A stretch of DNA of 33,246 nt. Source: a virus. Taxonomy: Duplodnaviria; Caudoviricetes. Of this stretch, positions 7,722-15,964 are shown piece after piece; positions within the stretch are counted from its first letter, which is position 1, and every line of letters begins with the position of its first letter. The position numbers and the translations under genes are program-made. Where the stretch lies: positions 1-33,246 of IMG/VR virus record IMGVR_UViG_3300035676_000735. The stretch is one strand, 5' to 3'. The notes under the pieces are model-generated. The model saw only the letters and a program-made list of their open reading frames with translations, was not told the DNA's origin and did no database searches.

Positions 7722-9349
7722 TTTACGCTCCTAGCGTGGAGTAGTCTGCGCTGCCCACCTTCCCGCTCGGTGATTCCGCGCGCTCGGGTGAGAGCTGTCT
7801 GCCAGGCGTCCACGTGCGCCGGCAAAAAATAGTAGATGTCTGCTGTCACCTCAGCAGCACGCTGACCCTGGCGATGAGTACGCCCGAGGAGCTGCTCGAG
7901 CATCGACTCGTCAGAGGTGATTGAGGCGATTAAATTCCTGTGATGCTGCTGGAGATTCTTCGACGCGTGATGTGCGCGCATCGATACGGCGTAACACAAG
8001 TGGGACTCGGAAGTCAAGATTTGACTCGACGCTTCCGCACCCTCCCCATAGTAGTGTATCCCCGATCTGTCAAGCGCATGCCCTGTCGCGGTGTGTGCCG
8101 TCCAGATGAGCCCCCCTTGACTTTCTTTTGACCACTCGATCATATCTCTGAGCAGGTAGTCTGACAACCAGACCACCTCAGTCTCAGGGTGAGCTGTGTC
8201 TCTAACGGACATCCACGCCTCCCAGGTCCCACTGCGCCAGGTGAGTGGGTGCCTGGTGTGCGGTGGATAGACCGTGCCATCGTGCGTCCAGCCGCGATGC
8301 CACCGCTCTGCTGCTGTCTCCAGTAGGCGCGGCGAGTCCATGTGCTCCCCCGCCGTCTGTAGTCGTACGCGTAACTCTCGATGCCACTCCCTCCGTGCGG
8401 CGAGCCAACGGTCGATCGTCTCTCGGGTCTCCCCCCGTGGCCAGGTCCAGCGATAAAAGAAGCCCTCGGCCAGTTGGGAGACAAGCCTGGTCTCCTCCCA
8501 CGCCTCTATCAGTAGCTCCCCATCAGGGCGCAGTCCGTGCTCTGCGTCCCTGATGGCTGATAGAATAACTGCGGGGGGTGACGCAGTGCGACCCCTGATC
8601 AGCAGGGGCACGTCGACCGACAGCCCCTCGGTCATGATGATACCTGGGGTCGACCGGAGACGATCGTGGTATACCTGTCTGGCTGTCTGACCGGTCGCCC
8701 GCAGCTCTAGAGGTACCCCCAGCGAGCTGGTGGGACCATCGTCTGACAGCGCCTCGTCCCACCTCTCTAGCTCCCGAGGTTCACAGGGCAGAGGTGAGCG
8801 ATCTTTGAGTGCCAGGATCATCACGTGGGCGTAGTCTAGGATCGACGTGCGTACGGGGGTGCCCGTCATGGCAATGAGTCGAGTCTGGGGGGCCGCCCGG
8901 AAGAGCCGCAGGAATCTCCGAGTGCGCGCGGCATCTCGGTGCCTGAGATTGTGGGCCTCATCGGCGATGATGAGGTCTGGCTGTAGCGTCGATAGCAGCG
9001 CTGTCCCCCGGGGTATCGAGAGCTCACTATAGGTGAGTATGAGCAGTTCCGGCCGACCCCGGTGGTGTGTCGGGCCCCCGATGATGTTCGGCAAATCGAA
9101 GTGTGCAGACCATTGAGGTATGTCTCGGGTGAGTAGCTGCTCTCGCATCTGTGGGGGTATGAGCAGTAGCGCTCGTCGGCAGTCAGGCACCACCATGGGA
9201 GCGAGTAGATCGATGCCAGTCTTGCCGTACCCCACACCAATGCTAGCCCAGAGCCCTCCCACCTCCCGGATGGTGCGGAGGGCCCGGATCTGGATGGGCA
9301 GTAGGGTAGAGATGCAGTGCCCCCAGCGCTGTATACAGTCGCACGTCAT
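7718..9349 (-). CDS. SF2 (SNF2-like) DNA helicase
   Basis: GVGYGKT, IIADEAH, MTGTP, EQLLGRTHRQGQ. Confidence 0.9.
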   Translation of the reverse strand: MTCDCIQRWGHCISTLLPIQIRALRTIREVGGLWASIGVGYGKTGIDLLAPMVVPDCRRALLLIPPQMREQLLTRDIPQWSAHFDLPNIIGGPTHHRGRPELLILTYSELSIPRGTALLSTLQPDLIIADEAHNLRHRDAARTRRFLRLFRAAPQTRLIAMTGTPVRTSILDYAHVMILALKDRSPLPCEPRELERWDEALSDDGPTSSLGVPLELRATGQTARQVYHDRLRSTPGIIMTEGLSVDVPLLIRGRTASPPAVILSAIRDAEHGLRPDGELLIEAWEETRLVSQLAEGFFYRWTWPRGETRETIDRWLAARREWHRELRVRLQTAGEHMDSPRLLETAAERWHRGWTHDGTVYPPHTRHPLTWRSGTWEAWMSVRDTAHPETEVVWLSDYLLRDMIEWSKESQGGLIWTAHTATGHALDRSGIHYYGEGAEASSQILTSESHLCYAVSMRAHHASKNLQQHHRNLIASITSDESMLEQLLGRTHRQGQRAAEVTADIYYFLPAHVDAWQTALTRARGITEREGGQRRLLHARSVK

Positions 9350-9840
9350 CAGACCCCCGGGACCAATCGTCGACAGTATCTCCGGGGGCGCTCCCCGGGG
9401 GTGCTGGTAACAGATCCTCGGGAGACTGCCCGCTCGAGAGCACGCCGGACGATCTCTCGATGTGATCTAGTGGTAGCACCCAGCCCGATCTGCACCTGTC
9501 GAGCGGTGTGCCATCCAGTCCGGGCGCCGAGCCATCCGACGACGTCCCACCGCAGGAGTCGTCTCACCCTGGGAGGACGGGGAGCCCCCTGGTGTGGAGG
9601 GGGCTGACCCATGTAGACACCTATCGTGCATGAGGCAGAGTATGAGTACACCATGCCTCCACGAGGTCCCAGACAGCCTACCCTCCAGAGGGGCCCCTCC
9701 TTGCGGGATTCTCGATCGAGTATAACAGCGACGGTGCGAACCTTGGCCCGAAGCTCCCGGGAGATTTCGGCCGCGCTGAACGCGACATCCCTGCGAGTAC
9801 GCATCCAGCTGATGACCCGCTGCTTGATGTTGGGGCTCAT
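9349..9840 (-). CDS. Basic protein with two winged-helix-like repeats, probable DNA-binding regulator
   Basis: FSAAEISREL..TVAVILDR and HTARQVQIGLG..IVRRALERAVSRGSV helix-turn-helix-wing patterns; coupled to both neighbours. Confidence 0.5.
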   Translation of the reverse strand: MSPNIKQRVISWMRTRRDVAFSAAEISRELRAKVRTVAVILDRESRKEGPLWRVGCLGPRGGMVYSYSASCTIGVYMGQPPPHQGAPRPPRVRRLLRWDVVGWLGARTGWHTARQVQIGLGATTRSHREIVRRALERAVSRGSVTSTPGERPRRYCRRLVPGV

Positions 9841-10226
9841 CTCAGATCTCGGAAAAATGCGAGCATCGAGGAGATCGTCCAGTGCTTACTCCCCCCGGGG
9901 GGCTGTTTCCCAATCGTGTCAAAAATACACGGCTGGCTCCCTGGGATGATAATGAGATTGGCGACGAGCCGTTGCTGCGCGTAGTAGTATCCCGCCTCAA
10001 ACCAACAGCCCTGACCTCCACTCTCCGCCATCAGCACGAGATACTCGGCCTCCCCCAGACCGAGTAGACAGCGCGCGCGGTATGCTGCCCGTATGGTCGG
10101 GTCGCTGGTGGGCTCCTCCCTGGTCCAGTCGTTGGCGATGACATGCCCCATCCCTTGGAGTAGATCCATGACGATGCGGGCGGCTGCTCTGTGCTGCCAA
10201 GGGGCGGCTACGTAGATCGTAGTCAT
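9837..10226 (-). CDS. Nucleoside 2-deoxyribosyltransferase/N-glycosidase-like protein
   Basis: IYVAAPW first strand and GCWFEAGY catalytic-Glu motif; ATG 10226 overlaps the upstream TGA. Confidence 0.7.
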   Translation of the reverse strand: MTTIYVAAPWQHRAAARIVMDLLQGMGHVIANDWTREEPTSDPTIRAAYRARCLLGLGEAEYLVLMAESGGQGCWFEAGYYYAQQRLVANLIIIPGSQPCIFDTIGKQPPGGSKHWTISSMLAFFRDLR

Positions 10227-11545
10227 CGCACACCCCTGACCGTCGGCCACCCCACGAAGGCCTCTGCTACGAGGCTAGCGAGCTCCCCCTCCCCTGGGAT
10301 GTATATGTCTCCATGTGGCGGGTCAGACCGCATTGCCGCTACCACGGCCCCACGCCAGCCCCCGAATGCGAGTGCCCCCTCTCTGGCGAGGCGCACGTCG
10401 GGCAGCCCGGCCTGCTTTGCCAGAGCCGTCATGATCTCGGTCACCAGCTCAATCCCGCTGGATACGGGGCACTCTGGCAGACAGCCGATATACAGGGTAG
10501 GGGCGTCGGCAGCTAGACACACACCTCCACAGGGGGGCACATGTGCCTCGGGCTGTGGCTCGGCAGTGGTGTCCACAGGGGGGGCCTTTGACCTCGGCTT
10601 CCGGCCCCTCTTCTTTTGGGGCTCGGCCGGTGGTGGTGGCGGTGGTGGTGGTGACTGAATTGGGGTCGTGGGCGCGGGGGCATCGGGTGGCGTCACCGAT
10701 AGTGGGCACCCGACATGGATCATACGGCCATCAGTCGCTGATACCGAGCAATCCTCTGGCGTGAGATCCTCCTGGCATGCGGGGCATGTGGTAACTTGTG
10801 CTGCTATCATCTCTTGTAGATTTTTCATTTTCGCTCCACAGAGGCGGGCGTACGGGCAGCCTCCGAATTGTCCACACGCATCCGTACATGCGGTGATACT
10901 ATCCAGCCAGCCGAGCTCATCTCGCCGCAGACTCACCACAGACTGCATCTCCCCTACCAGGGTGATTAGGTCATCGTCTCTCACGGGGCGAGTGATAGGT
11001 GCTATCACGACGTGGGCATCGTCAGCCTTCGGAGCTCGGCCTCGCAGGAATCGATCAGTGCGGTAGTAGAGCCATGCCCAGTGTGTTGCTTGCGGGTAGG
11101 CCATCGCGTAGACGCGAGCCTGTATGTCCTGCGGGAGGGTCTCCTCGGTGAGCGCATACCGTAGGTCTCGAAGGAATTTGTGGTCGACGATCAGACCGAC
11201 ATGAGGGAGCCAATAGTCGACGTACCCCACGACAGGCACGCCTCCGAGTAGGATCCGTGGGATCTCTACCTCAGCTTGCCCGGTCATGGGGGGGAGATCG
11301 TGCAGCCGAGCCAGAGGGCCCCGATGGTCGACCCCTGTGGAGAGGTACTCCGCCTGCTCCCTGTGGCAGGCGTCTCCCAGGAGCTGTCCGCGTGTAGCGG
11401 GGGGCTTGGGCAAATCTGTCAGGTATCGGTAGGCCCACTTGCGCAGGCACGACTGAGCGAGCTTGAGTTGTGACGCACTGGTATACGTCAGTCGCCCATC
11501 CTGCACCAGTCCAATATTGGCCCACCAGGGGTCACGCCGTTCCAT
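10223..11545 (-). CDS. Cas4/RecB-like PD-(D/E)XK exonuclease with C-terminal extension
   Basis: SASQL...C.RKW, G...H, GYVD..IVDHK, Q..Y, C..FGGCPY..LC; followed by CxxC..HxxC, a poly-Pro linker and an extra domain. Confidence 0.85.
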   Translation of the reverse strand: MERRDPWWANIGLVQDGRLTYTSASQLKLAQSCLRKWAYRYLTDLPKPPATRGQLLGDACHREQAEYLSTGVDHRGPLARLHDLPPMTGQAEVEIPRILLGGVPVVGYVDYWLPHVGLIVDHKFLRDLRYALTEETLPQDIQARVYAMAYPQATHWAWLYYRTDRFLRGRAPKADDAHVVIAPITRPVRDDDLITLVGEMQSVVSLRRDELGWLDSITACTDACGQFGGCPYARLCGAKMKNLQEMIAAQVTTCPACQEDLTPEDCSVSATDGRMIHVGCPLSVTPPDAPAPTTPIQSPPPPPPPPAEPQKKRGRKPRSKAPPVDTTAEPQPEAHVPPCGGVCLAADAPTLYIGCLPECPVSSGIELVTEIMTALAKQAGLPDVRLAREGALAFGGWRGAVVAAMRSDPPHGDIYIPGEGELASLVAEAFVGWPTVRGVR

Positions 11546-12068
11546 GGGCGAGCCTCCATTGGCCTAGGCCTACAGCATCTAGGACATTGTGCCGTAGGGA
11601 GGCCGGCGCGGCATCCGAGACCATCAGCCGCTCATCCTCTGTGAGTCCTCGCAGCACTCTCTGTGCACAGAGGTCCCCATCGACGCTCCCCTTCCACGCG
11701 TGGGGTAGTACGGTCGACGCCTGGATGGGCTGCACTCTCGAGAGTACCGCCATGTCGACCGCTACTAGAGATGCCAGCGACTCGGGGGATGGTCCTCGAG
11801 GCAACCGATAGAACTGTGGCCACTCGAGGACCATCTCGAGGGTATCTCGGCAGTGCTCTATCAGCCCGGAGATCTGCTCTGCGATGTCGAGCGCTCGATA
11901 CCACACAGGCATCGAGGAGCCCCCCCTACTGCGGATGAGGTGTGCGTGGATCAGGCGACTGCGCAAGAAATGAGCGACCCCCGTGGCGTTGATCCCCGGG
12001 TCGATGGCAACGAGATGCTCACGGGGGATCAGCCCCCCCGAATTGCGACAGACCATGACTGACCTCAC
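11532..12068 (-). CDS. RuvC-like Holliday junction resolvase
   Basis: LVAIDPG..TGVA, VLEWPQ, P.AWK, HNVLDAVGLG; GTG 12068 overlaps the upstream stop (start uncertain). Confidence 0.8.
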   Translation of the reverse strand: MRSVMVCRNSGGLIPREHLVAIDPGINATGVAHFLRSRLIHAHLIRSRGGSSMPVWYRALDIAEQISGLIEHCRDTLEMVLEWPQFYRLPRGPSPESLASLVAVDMAVLSRVQPIQASTVLPHAWKGSVDGDLCAQRVLRGLTEDERLMVSDAAPASLRHNVLDAVGLGQWRLAHGTA

Positions 12069-12997
12069 AAATAAAAGGGGTACCACCGGCTCTCGACGCT
12101 CTGTACCTGCGCCCTGCTGATGACTAGTGTGATCATCCACCACCCGGGGGCTGCTGATATCCGCTTGCCCCGCATCCACCGGGTCTGCCGTTGCAGGGTG
12201 CCTCCTGAGAAGACGTCTACGTTGCGCTCGGCGCAGAGATGCATCGCCTTATGGTCGTGTCCACACAATAGGACACGCGGCTTCTCCCCGCCAGAATACG
12301 CCTCCACGATTTTCTGCAATCGATAGCTCCTGGCGTACGACGCCCCATCCTCCCCATGGTGCAGACGGATCTCGACGCCGTTGACGAGGTGCCTCCCCTC
12401 GTCCTGTCCTAGAAAATGCCACTGCTCGCTGTGCATGCAGATGTCCTGCACGATCAGTGCACCTGCCGCCTGCTGGTGCCAGCGATCGTGATTGCCGTCA
12501 ATCATCCAGATCTCGCCGACGAAATGACGGAGCTCACTCACAGCGTAGTCTCTCTGTCGGTCATACCCTATGTGCGTTAGCTCATAGACATGCCCCGGTC
12601 TACGACTCATACCCTCAGTGATATCTCCCGCGAGGTAGAGTCGTCGCACCTGTCTCCGATCGCACTCGGCACAGAGAGACTGCCACCACGAGGGCTCATA
12701 CGCCGTCGACCCGACGTGCAGGTCAGTCGCGAACGCGAAGGTGTACTGCTCACCGTCGTACGTCGAGACGGCACACCGCTGCACCATCGGGCCAGCGCCC
12801 CGGGCCAGGGTGAGTAGCTCCTCTGTCGAGTGCGTGGCGAGCTCGGACAGTGCCCTGAGACGTAGGTCTGGATATGCCCTCCGGTAGCGGGCGAGGGTCT
12901 CCCGGGTAACCTGAAAACAACGCGCTGCTTGGTCATCCCCGTGTAGCGCGGCGTACTCGAGTACAGCGCGGGCTGTGTCACTCGACACGACGCTCAT
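12065..12997 (-). CDS. Calcineurin-like metallophosphoesterase with N-terminal HTH-like segment
   Basis: DLHVG, GDITEG, GNHD, HHG, GHDH motifs; ATG 12997 in an ATGA overlap. Confidence 0.9.
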   Translation of the reverse strand: MSVVSSDTARAVLEYAALHGDDQAARCFQVTRETLARYRRAYPDLRLRALSELATHSTEELLTLARGAGPMVQRCAVSTYDGEQYTFAFATDLHVGSTAYEPSWWQSLCAECDRRQVRRLYLAGDITEGMSRRPGHVYELTHIGYDRQRDYAVSELRHFVGEIWMIDGNHDRWHQQAAGALIVQDICMHSEQWHFLGQDEGRHLVNGVEIRLHHGEDGASYARSYRLQKIVEAYSGGEKPRVLLCGHDHKAMHLCAERNVDVFSGGTLQRQTRWMRGKRISAAPGWWMITLVISRAQVQSVESRWYPFYL

Positions 12998-13188
12998 GGC
13001 TCTACCTCTCGACCACACTCTGGGCAGAACGTGTTCCCGCCGCGTCGGGGAAGCGGGCATGAGCCGAATCCGCAATGGGGGCACCTCCCGAGAGCCTCTC
13101 GGGGGGAGCAGACGTGCGCCCGCTCATCACGTTTTTGAGGCGAGATAAATCGAGTGCGCCACGGGTGGTCCTTGGCTGGCCGTGTCAT
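12994..13188 (-). CDS. Small Zn-ribbon protein (64 aa)
   Basis: MTRPAKDHPWR...CPHCG...FCPECG; ATGA overlaps at both ends. Confidence 0.65.
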   Translation of the reverse strand: MTRPAKDHPWRTRFISPQKRDERAHVCSPREALGRCPHCGFGSCPLPRRGGNTFCPECGREVEP

Positions 13189-13811
13189 CGGACCTCCAAT
13201 CGGCGCAGCCAGCCGCTCAAGAAGCGACGCTGCGGGGGGCGCATAATGGTGAGCGCGAGATAGTACCCCGCGATGCAGTCCCGCAGTGTCGTCGCCAAGA
13301 GCGCGGGATCTGCGCTGGCGACCGCCCGCTTCGTCTGCTCGCCCCACACCCCATCGATCGTGACTGCAACACCACGCCTGACCAGAGCAAGCTGCACGTA
13401 GCGTGCGGCCATGCCGTGCCCAGCGTGCACCGCAAACAGGAAGACCGTCGTCTGGAGATCGTCTGGGAGCTCTCGGTAAATGTCGAGATGATAGTGCCGA
13501 CAGAACCACTCCCTTGCGGCGGCGCAGGTCACACCCTTAAGGAGAGACATCTGGTGGTCATACCACCTGACCTCCTCGGGGGTACGGGTCTCGATGGGCT
13601 TGCGACTCATCCCCATGACCTCGTCGACCTGATAGCACTCCAGTCCGGAGGGTCTGCCCTGGTACCTCATGCTGTGCGTCGAGATACCCCAGACGGTGGG
13701 CCCCCCCGCATCTACAGGATCGTCGACAAATCCACGGCCGACTGTGGCTGTGTCGCCCGGGCGACACTCTACCTGCATGAGAATCTTGAATAACTGATCA
13801 CAGGTCATCAT
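13185..13811 (-). CDS. Endolysin, glycoside hydrolase family 108 with C-terminal peptidoglycan-binding domain
   Basis: E...GFVDDPVDAGGPTVWGIS, FLFAVHAG, IDGVWGEQT, QRRFLSGWLRR; ATG 13811 in an ATGA overlap. Confidence 0.85.
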   Translation of the reverse strand: MMTCDQLFKILMQVECRPGDTATVGRGFVDDPVDAGGPTVWGISTHSMRYQGRPSGLECYQVDEVMGMSRKPIETRTPEEVRWYDHQMSLLKGVTCAAAREWFCRHYHLDIYRELPDDLQTTVFLFAVHAGHGMAARYVQLALVRRGVAVTIDGVWGEQTKRAVASADPALLATTLRDCIAGYYLALTIMRPPQRRFLSGWLRRLEVR

Positions 13812-14053
13812 GGTAGTGGCTCCGGAAGATATCCGCCGCAAGGCGCTCCAATGGGCGGCGTGCAGCGCTCCTCGTGATACACGCACTCCGCACACTGACT
13901 CATGGTGTGTCTGGTCATCGGCGCCCATCCCCAGCAGGGGACTCCGTGAGGGGGGCAGCACCGCTCGTGGATATGACTGCATCTCAGACACTGATTCCAG
14001 CGGGGGCTCTCATCCACGAGAGCCTGCTCCGCCGCAAAACAATGCACACTCAT
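13808..14053 (-). CDS. Cys/His-rich 81 aa protein with two internal repeats
   Basis: QCLRCSHIHERCCPPHGVPCWGW and QCAECVYHEERCTPPIGAPCGGY; TGATG and ATGA overlaps with its neighbours. Confidence 0.65.
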   Translation of the reverse strand: MSVHCFAAEQALVDESPRWNQCLRCSHIHERCCPPHGVPCWGWAPMTRHTMSQCAECVYHEERCTPPIGAPCGGYLPEPLP

Positions 14054-14748
14054 CACCACCTCCACAGGACTGCTAGGGAGACATCTGCCCCACGTCCGAG
14101 CCCTGCCCCTAAGTGCATCTCGAGATGCTCCAGGAAGGGGGGAGGGCTCATTTGGATCCCCACGGTCCATTGGCCGTCGAGCCGAAGTGTACCTCGGACA
14201 CCAAGCGCCCATCCCGGTCGCCGGGTGATCGGCTCGATCACTCGACCGAGAGGCTGCGCGAATCGCCCGCTGGCGAGGAGCTCCCCATCCGTGAGACGCA
14301 GAGCACGAGCCTCGCCGACCACGGACCTCGCTCCCCCAGCCGACTCGAGCTCCACCTCGTGCACCTGTAGCTCGAGCCCGTCCCCCGAGTAGAGTGTGCA
14401 CGGCCACTCGGATGACCTCGGAGGGGCAGGGGGTGCTACCACGATGACTGGCCCTGTGCTCTGGTCAGATACCCTGACCGGCTTGGCCGGCCGCACCTTG
14501 CGGAGCTCCGCGAGCTGATTCCTCAGGTCTAGATTCTCTTGCGCGAGCTGCTCCTCGAGCTCCGTGGGGTCCCCGCTCCCGACGACCTGGATACCCTCGG
14601 AGCGGATCACCTGCTCCTCGCGCTCTCGGGCCTCTGCCCTGCGCGCCTCGAGCGGCGTCTGGAAGGCTGCGCGGAATTGCGCGATGAGGATGAATCCGAC
14701 GACGATGACCAGGATGATACTGAGGAGATTGAGCCGCCACTCGGTCAT
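14053..14748 (-). CDS. Membrane-anchored coiled-coil protein with C-terminal beta strands, spanin candidate
   Basis: N-terminal TM (LLSIILVIVVGFILIA), coiled coil, amphipathic beta C-terminus ending WRW; upstream of the endolysin. Confidence 0.55.
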   Translation of the reverse strand: MTEWRLNLLSIILVIVVGFILIAQFRAAFQTPLEARRAEAREREEQVIRSEGIQVVGSGDPTELEEQLAQENLDLRNQLAELRKVRPAKPVRVSDQSTGPVIVVAPPAPPRSSEWPCTLYSGDGLELQVHEVELESAGGARSVVGEARALRLTDGELLASGRFAQPLGRVIEPITRRPGWALGVRGTLRLDGQWTVGIQMSPPPFLEHLEMHLGAGLGRGADVSLAVLWRW

Positions 14749-15077
14749 ATGCTCTCCTCGGGGTCGGGCTCCTCGGCCTGTAGCTCTTGGGGCACGGGAC
14801 GCTCTGACGTATCCCGCAGGAGAAAGTGTATCTCCGACACCTTCCCATCTGGGCTCAGGTCCCGAGCCCCGATCACCTGGGCATCCTCTCGGACCTCGTA
14901 CCGCTCATAGCAGACCGCACCCTCCACAGCCACATGACACGTGATGCCGGGGATGGGCCGGAGGAAATGGTGAGCGGCTGGGACGTACGACTGATGCTGT
15001 GGTGAGGTGGCCAGACCAGTGACCACGATGGCTGCGGCCATGATCCAGTAGAGGGGGGCGTTCCCGAGGACCCTCAT
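14745..15077 (-). CDS. Hypothetical exported or membrane-anchored protein
   Basis: Hydrophobic N-terminus LYWIMAAAIVVTGLA; ATGA overlaps at both ends. Confidence 0.55.
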   Translation of the reverse strand: MRVLGNAPLYWIMAAAIVVTGLATSPQHQSYVPAAHHFLRPIPGITCHVAVEGAVCYERYEVREDAQVIGARDLSPDGKVSEIHFLLRDTSERPVPQELQAEEPDPEESI

Positions 15078-15256
15078 GGTGCACCCCCGGCCTTCGATCG
15101 ATGCTCCCCATACGCCTTAGCGGCGACGGCGGCGACGATGGCAGCCACAGCCGTGCACAGCTGTGAGTACGAGACCGCCTCTGGCCTGAGACAGTAGGCC
15201 GAGAAGAGCAGCCCCATGGCGATGACCGCGACAGACACAGTACGATAGGCTCTCAT
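15074..15256 (-). CDS. Two-TM small protein, holin candidate
   Basis: 60 aa, two hydrophobic helices and a charged C-tail, within the lysis region. Confidence 0.5.
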   Translation of the reverse strand: MRAYRTVSVAVIAMGLLFSAYCLRPEAVSYSQLCTAVAAIVAAVAAKAYGEHRSKAGGAP

Positions 15257-15444
15257 TCCTGTTCCTCCATCTGGACGCTACCGAAACCGTAGCACTCGGG
15301 GCAGTTGCTCTGGTCAGACACATCACACAGACAGTCTATGCACGCTACACCGCATCGCGGGCAGCAGGTCCCAGTACCACGGCACTCTGGACATGCACCC
15401 CACTGGACAGCGACGAGATCATCCACGACAGTCTCCTCTCTCAT
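15253..15444 (-). CDS. Small Cys-rich Zn-binding protein
   Basis: CPECRGTG and CPECYGFG (DnaJ-type CxxCxGxG) flanking further Cys pairs. Confidence 0.6.
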   Translation of the reverse strand: MREETVVDDLVAVQWGACPECRGTGTCCPRCGVACIDCLCDVSDQSNCPECYGFGSVQMEEQE

Positions 15445-15773
15445 TTGCGACCCCCCACAGGCTGCTGCCTCGCGAGATCTACACGCAGTCCTGTTACGGC
15501 ATCCGTCAGTCTGTCGATGGCCTGAGAGAGACGTGCCTGCTCTCGGGCCGCTGCTGCCTGAGCCTCCTCAGTCGCGGCCGCCCGGGTCTCGAGCGTCTGG
15601 ATCTTGACCTCGAGCGTCTGTGTCGAGGCGTACGCATCGAGAGCTCGGCTGTTGCCGTAGACTAACCAGGCCACCAAGGTACAGCTGGTGGCGACCACGG
15701 CGAGTGATGCAGCGATGGCAGAGATTTTCGGTCGCAATGATGGTGTCTCCTGAGTTGTGTATCGATAGTTCAT
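15441..15773 (-). CDS. Single-TM coiled-coil protein, possibly lysis-associated
   Basis: TM IAASLAVVATSCTLVAWLV followed by a heptad coiled coil. Confidence 0.55.
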   Translation of the reverse strand: MNYRYTTQETPSLRPKISAIAASLAVVATSCTLVAWLVYGNSRALDAYASTQTLEVKIQTLETRAAATEEAQAAAAREQARLSQAIDRLTDAVTGLRVDLARQQPVGGRK

Positions 15774-15964
15774 ATTATCCTCTTCCGGATGGCTGTGTGT
15801 AGATCCTGGCCGATGGCTTCCCAGTCCGACGCGATAGCGATAGCATCATCGAACACGACCCCATTCAGGACTGTGTGTAGATCCTGGCCGATGGCTTCCC
15901 AGTCCGACGCGATAGCATCATCATCATCGAGCACGACCCCATGCAGGGCCCAATGATGCCTCAT
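15770..15964 (-). CDS. Small acidic protein made of a duplicated 26-aa unit
   Basis: AIASDWEAIGQDLHT occurs twice; ATG 15964 overlaps the upstream TGA. Confidence 0.6.
   Translation of the reverse strand: MRHHWALHGVVLDDDDAIASDWEAIGQDLHTVLNGVVFDDAIAIASDWEAIGQDLHTAIRKRII
15793..15948. repeat. 78-bp tandem duplication (2 copies)
   Basis: 15793-15838 is identical to 15871-15916 (46 bp); the remaining 32 bp differ at about 7 positions. Confidence 0.95.

Noticed and set aside
10223-11545. CRISPR-associated cas4
   Set aside because: No cas1/cas2 or array; stand-alone Cas4-like nucleases are common in phage replication modules.
15793-15948. CRISPR-like repeat-spacer or DGR TR/VR pair
   Set aside because: Only two units, the apparent spacers are homologous to each other, mismatches are not adenine-specific, and it is an in-frame coding duplication.
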